From contig JBKQID010000065.1 of the NCBI GenBank assembly GCA_052148475.1, positions 10,246-74,245 on the forward strand: a stretch of 64,000 nt of DNA, given 5' to 3'. Below are positions 62,550-64,000 of this stretch, piece after piece (the stretch's first letter is position 1; each line of letters begins with the position of its first letter). Source of the DNA: Candidatus Sulfotelmatobacter sp. (GTDB lineage Bacteria > Acidobacteriota > Terriglobia > Terriglobales > Acidobacteriaceae). A program made the translations under genes and the position numbers. The notes under the pieces are model-generated. The model was not told where the DNA came from and did no database searches. It worked only from the letters and a program-made list of their open reading frames with translations.

Positions 62550-63071
62550 TTACTGTGTCACGGGGAATGCCAGGCAGGGCGCGATGCTGTTGACCGGAGT
62601 GTCGCCGACGTTGCCCATTTGTGAGCGTAGAACGCCATCGTTGGTGGAACAGTAGTCGTGGTTTCCGGTGGAATTCATCAGCACGGGCGAGGCCGCACCA
62701 ACAAAGGCGGTGTTGTTGATGGCACCGGCGCTTACAATGCCGGTGGCCAGAAAGACATAGCCGCTCTTGCCGCCGCTGCCGGGGGTAGACGCGGATAGAA
62801 AGCTGTCGAGCAGGCACGCCGTAGTAGAAGACGGAGTGCACGGGGACGGCCCGCCCAGCTCTCCGATGTTGGAAGCATACCCTACCGTCGGATAAGCGGT
62901 GGTGTAGGTCACCTCCGAACTCTTGATGGCGCTGATGGACCCAACGGCCGAGGCCTCGTTAGCAGCAAGCCGCGCCTGCAGCAGGTTGGGGATCGCGATG
63001 GCGGCAATGATAAGAATAATCGCCACCACAATCAGCAACTCGATGAGTGAGAATCCCTTTGTGCAACGCAT
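62550..63071 (-). CDS. Type IV pilin (prepilin with N-terminal cleavage/methylation motif)
   Basis: MRCTKG-FSLIELLIVVAIILIIAAIAIPNLLQARLAANEASAVGS shows Gly-1/Phe+1/Glu+5. AAGGGA lies upstream of ATG 63071. Confidence 0.9.
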   Translation of the reverse strand: MRCTKGFSLIELLIVVAIILIIAAIAIPNLLQARLAANEASAVGSISAIKSSEVTYTTAYPTVGYASNIGELGGPSPCTPSSTTACLLDSFLSASTPGSGGKSGYVFLATGIVSAGAINNTAFVGAASPVLMNSTGNHDYCSTNDGVLRSQMGNVGDTPVNSIAPCLAFPVTQ

Positions 63072-63456
63072 CCGATGATCCCTTGAGTTCTGGTTAAGGT
63101 TCGGGGATACGGGTTGAGTTGCAGTTTGAGCGCCAATTTTGCTGGCCAGGCTGAAACGTTAGTAATCCAAAAGACGTTCGGTAAATCAATGGGTTAGCCG
63201 CTGGAGACCAGATCAAGAAGGCAAGGTCGCAGCTCGGTCGCTTTCAACTTTGACAGAAAATGTCACGCTCCCTGCTAAAACAGGGCCTTCCGGGGGCAGG
63301 GGCCAGATAATCGAGGCCAAGACCACCGCTAGAACCGTGCAAGACAACCGCGGAGCAGCGAACTCGAATTCGCTGCCCCTCAGGGTGTGTGCAAAGACTT
63401 CGGGATTCAACTTCGGGATTCAACCTGGAGCGCAGGGTGTGTTACTGGTTCACGCG

Positions 63457-63978
63457 CTACTGGTTCAGGGGATTGAAGCCTTGAATGCCGGCTTCGGTAC
63501 CCGAGCAAACTCCAGCGGGGTCGACGCGAATGACGGCATCTTCCTCGGCGCAGAAGCCGCGGATTCCGGTCTGGTTGACCGCAAGCGGGATCCCTTTGAT
63601 GGTATAGCCCACGTTCACGCCGCCCGCGACGGCTCCGGCGCCGGTGGTGAAGGAGTAGCCGCTCTTGCCGCCGCCAGCGGGGTTACCGTTGTTGGCCAGC
63701 ACGGAGTCAATCAAACACGCGGTGGTCGAGCTGGGAACGCAAGCTACTCCCAGAGCGCCGCCCAGATTCACCAGTGCCGAAGCGTATCCAACCGTCGGAT
63801 AAGCCGTCTGGTAGGTGATCTCCCCGGTGGTGACGGTACGAATGGAAGCAACGGCAGACGACTCATTGGCCGCCATGCGAGCACGCAGCAAATTCGGAAT
63901 CGCAATCGCCGCAATGATCAGGATGATGGCCACCACGATCAGCAGTTCGATCAGTGAGAAGCCCTTTTGTTTCCGCAT
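63457..63978 (-). CDS. Type IV pilin, paralog
   Basis: The N-terminus is MRKQKG-FSLIELLIVVAIILIIAAIAIPNLLRARMAANESSAVAS. I prefer ATG 63978, which has GGGGGA upstream, over TTG 63990. Confidence 0.9.
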   Translation of the reverse strand: MRKQKGFSLIELLIVVAIILIIAAIAIPNLLRARMAANESSAVASIRTVTTGEITYQTAYPTVGYASALVNLGGALGVACVPSSTTACLIDSVLANNGNPAGGGKSGYSFTTGAGAVAGGVNVGYTIKGIPLAVNQTGIRGFCAEEDAVIRVDPAGVCSGTEAGIQGFNPLNQ

Positions 63979-64000
63979 CTTTTCCCCCAACTTTTATCTA

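Noticed and set aside
63131-63150. Sigma-54-like promoter upstream of the pilin at 62550..63071. On the minus strand it reads CTGGCCAGCAAAATTGGCG.
   Set aside because: The GG and G(C) elements are one nucleotide too far apart relative to TGGCAC-N5-TTGC, and the -12 element reads TTGG. That is not good enough to call.
63213-63410. ORF of 65 aa between the two pilin genes.
   Set aside because: It has a TTG start inside the 13-bp tandem repeat, no SD and no recognisable features. It is probably non-coding spacer.
63397-63422. A perfect 13-bp tandem (ACTTCGGGATTCA x2), plus the other short direct repeats TGAGTTCGG(G/A)GG x2 near 9640..9675 and GCTTGGGCG x2 at 31273..31300, considered as CRISPR or regulatory arrays.
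   Set aside because: Each has only two copies, none has repeat-spacer architecture, and no cas genes are present. They are noted only as possible slippage or operator sites.

Overview
This is a high-GC bacterial chromosomal segment (GC judged by eye, not computed) with about 55 supportable protein-coding genes. I recognised no rRNA, tRNA, CRISPR array, transposase, integrase or prophage genes. The family mix points to Acidobacteriota, which is an inference: a VWFA-related acidobacterial-type protein, many TPR and secreted proteins, a DUF3300/DUF2950 pair, and type IV pilus genes. The layout from left to right is as follows. (1) 0.3-4.5 kb holds secreted proteins: an ice-binding-like lipoprotein, a VWA protein and a repeat protein. 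(2) 4.9-6.2 kb holds an LbH/nucleotidyltransferase-like gene coupled to a STAS gene. (3) 6.7-18.3 kb is an exopolysaccharide-type locus with a Tmk-like kinase, GT2, GT4, TPR protein, Wzx-like flippase fusion and a 1404-aa TPR plus beta-barrel protein. (4) 18.4-25.0 kb is a tightly coupled six-gene plus-strand operon of mostly uncharacterised envelope proteins. (5) 25.5-31.2 kb holds a methyltransferase, TonB, a LuxR-type two-component pair and a degenerate receiver. (6) 31.4-36.5 kb holds a phosphoesterase/phospholipase C with InlB-type B-repeats, a ceruloplasmin-like multicopper oxidase and an unknown secreted protein. (7) 36.8-40.3 kb holds a Crp/Fnr regulator, an unannotated small zinc-ribbon ORF and the DUF2950/DUF3300 pair. 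(8) 40.4-47.6 kb is a tripartite efflux operon with three tandem adaptor genes, a MacB-type permease with no ATPase gene, TolC and a relic of a second outer-membrane factor. (9) 48.5 kb holds erpA with a clean promoter and terminator. (10) 49.1-55.9 kb is a type IV pilus-like assembly operon. (11) 56.1-62.4 kb holds lolA, a TPR plus tandem-retropepsin protease, a methyltransferase and an ABC-2 exporter operon. (12) 62.5-64.0 kb holds two paralogous pilin genes. The best candidates for something undescribed are the triple-adaptor, ATPase-less efflux operon, the 18.4-25.0 kb envelope operon, the flippase fused to a ParB/Srx-like domain, and the DUF3300/DUF2950 pair with its aromatic-Gly/RGG tail. 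All family assignments come from motif recognition by eye; no database search was run.
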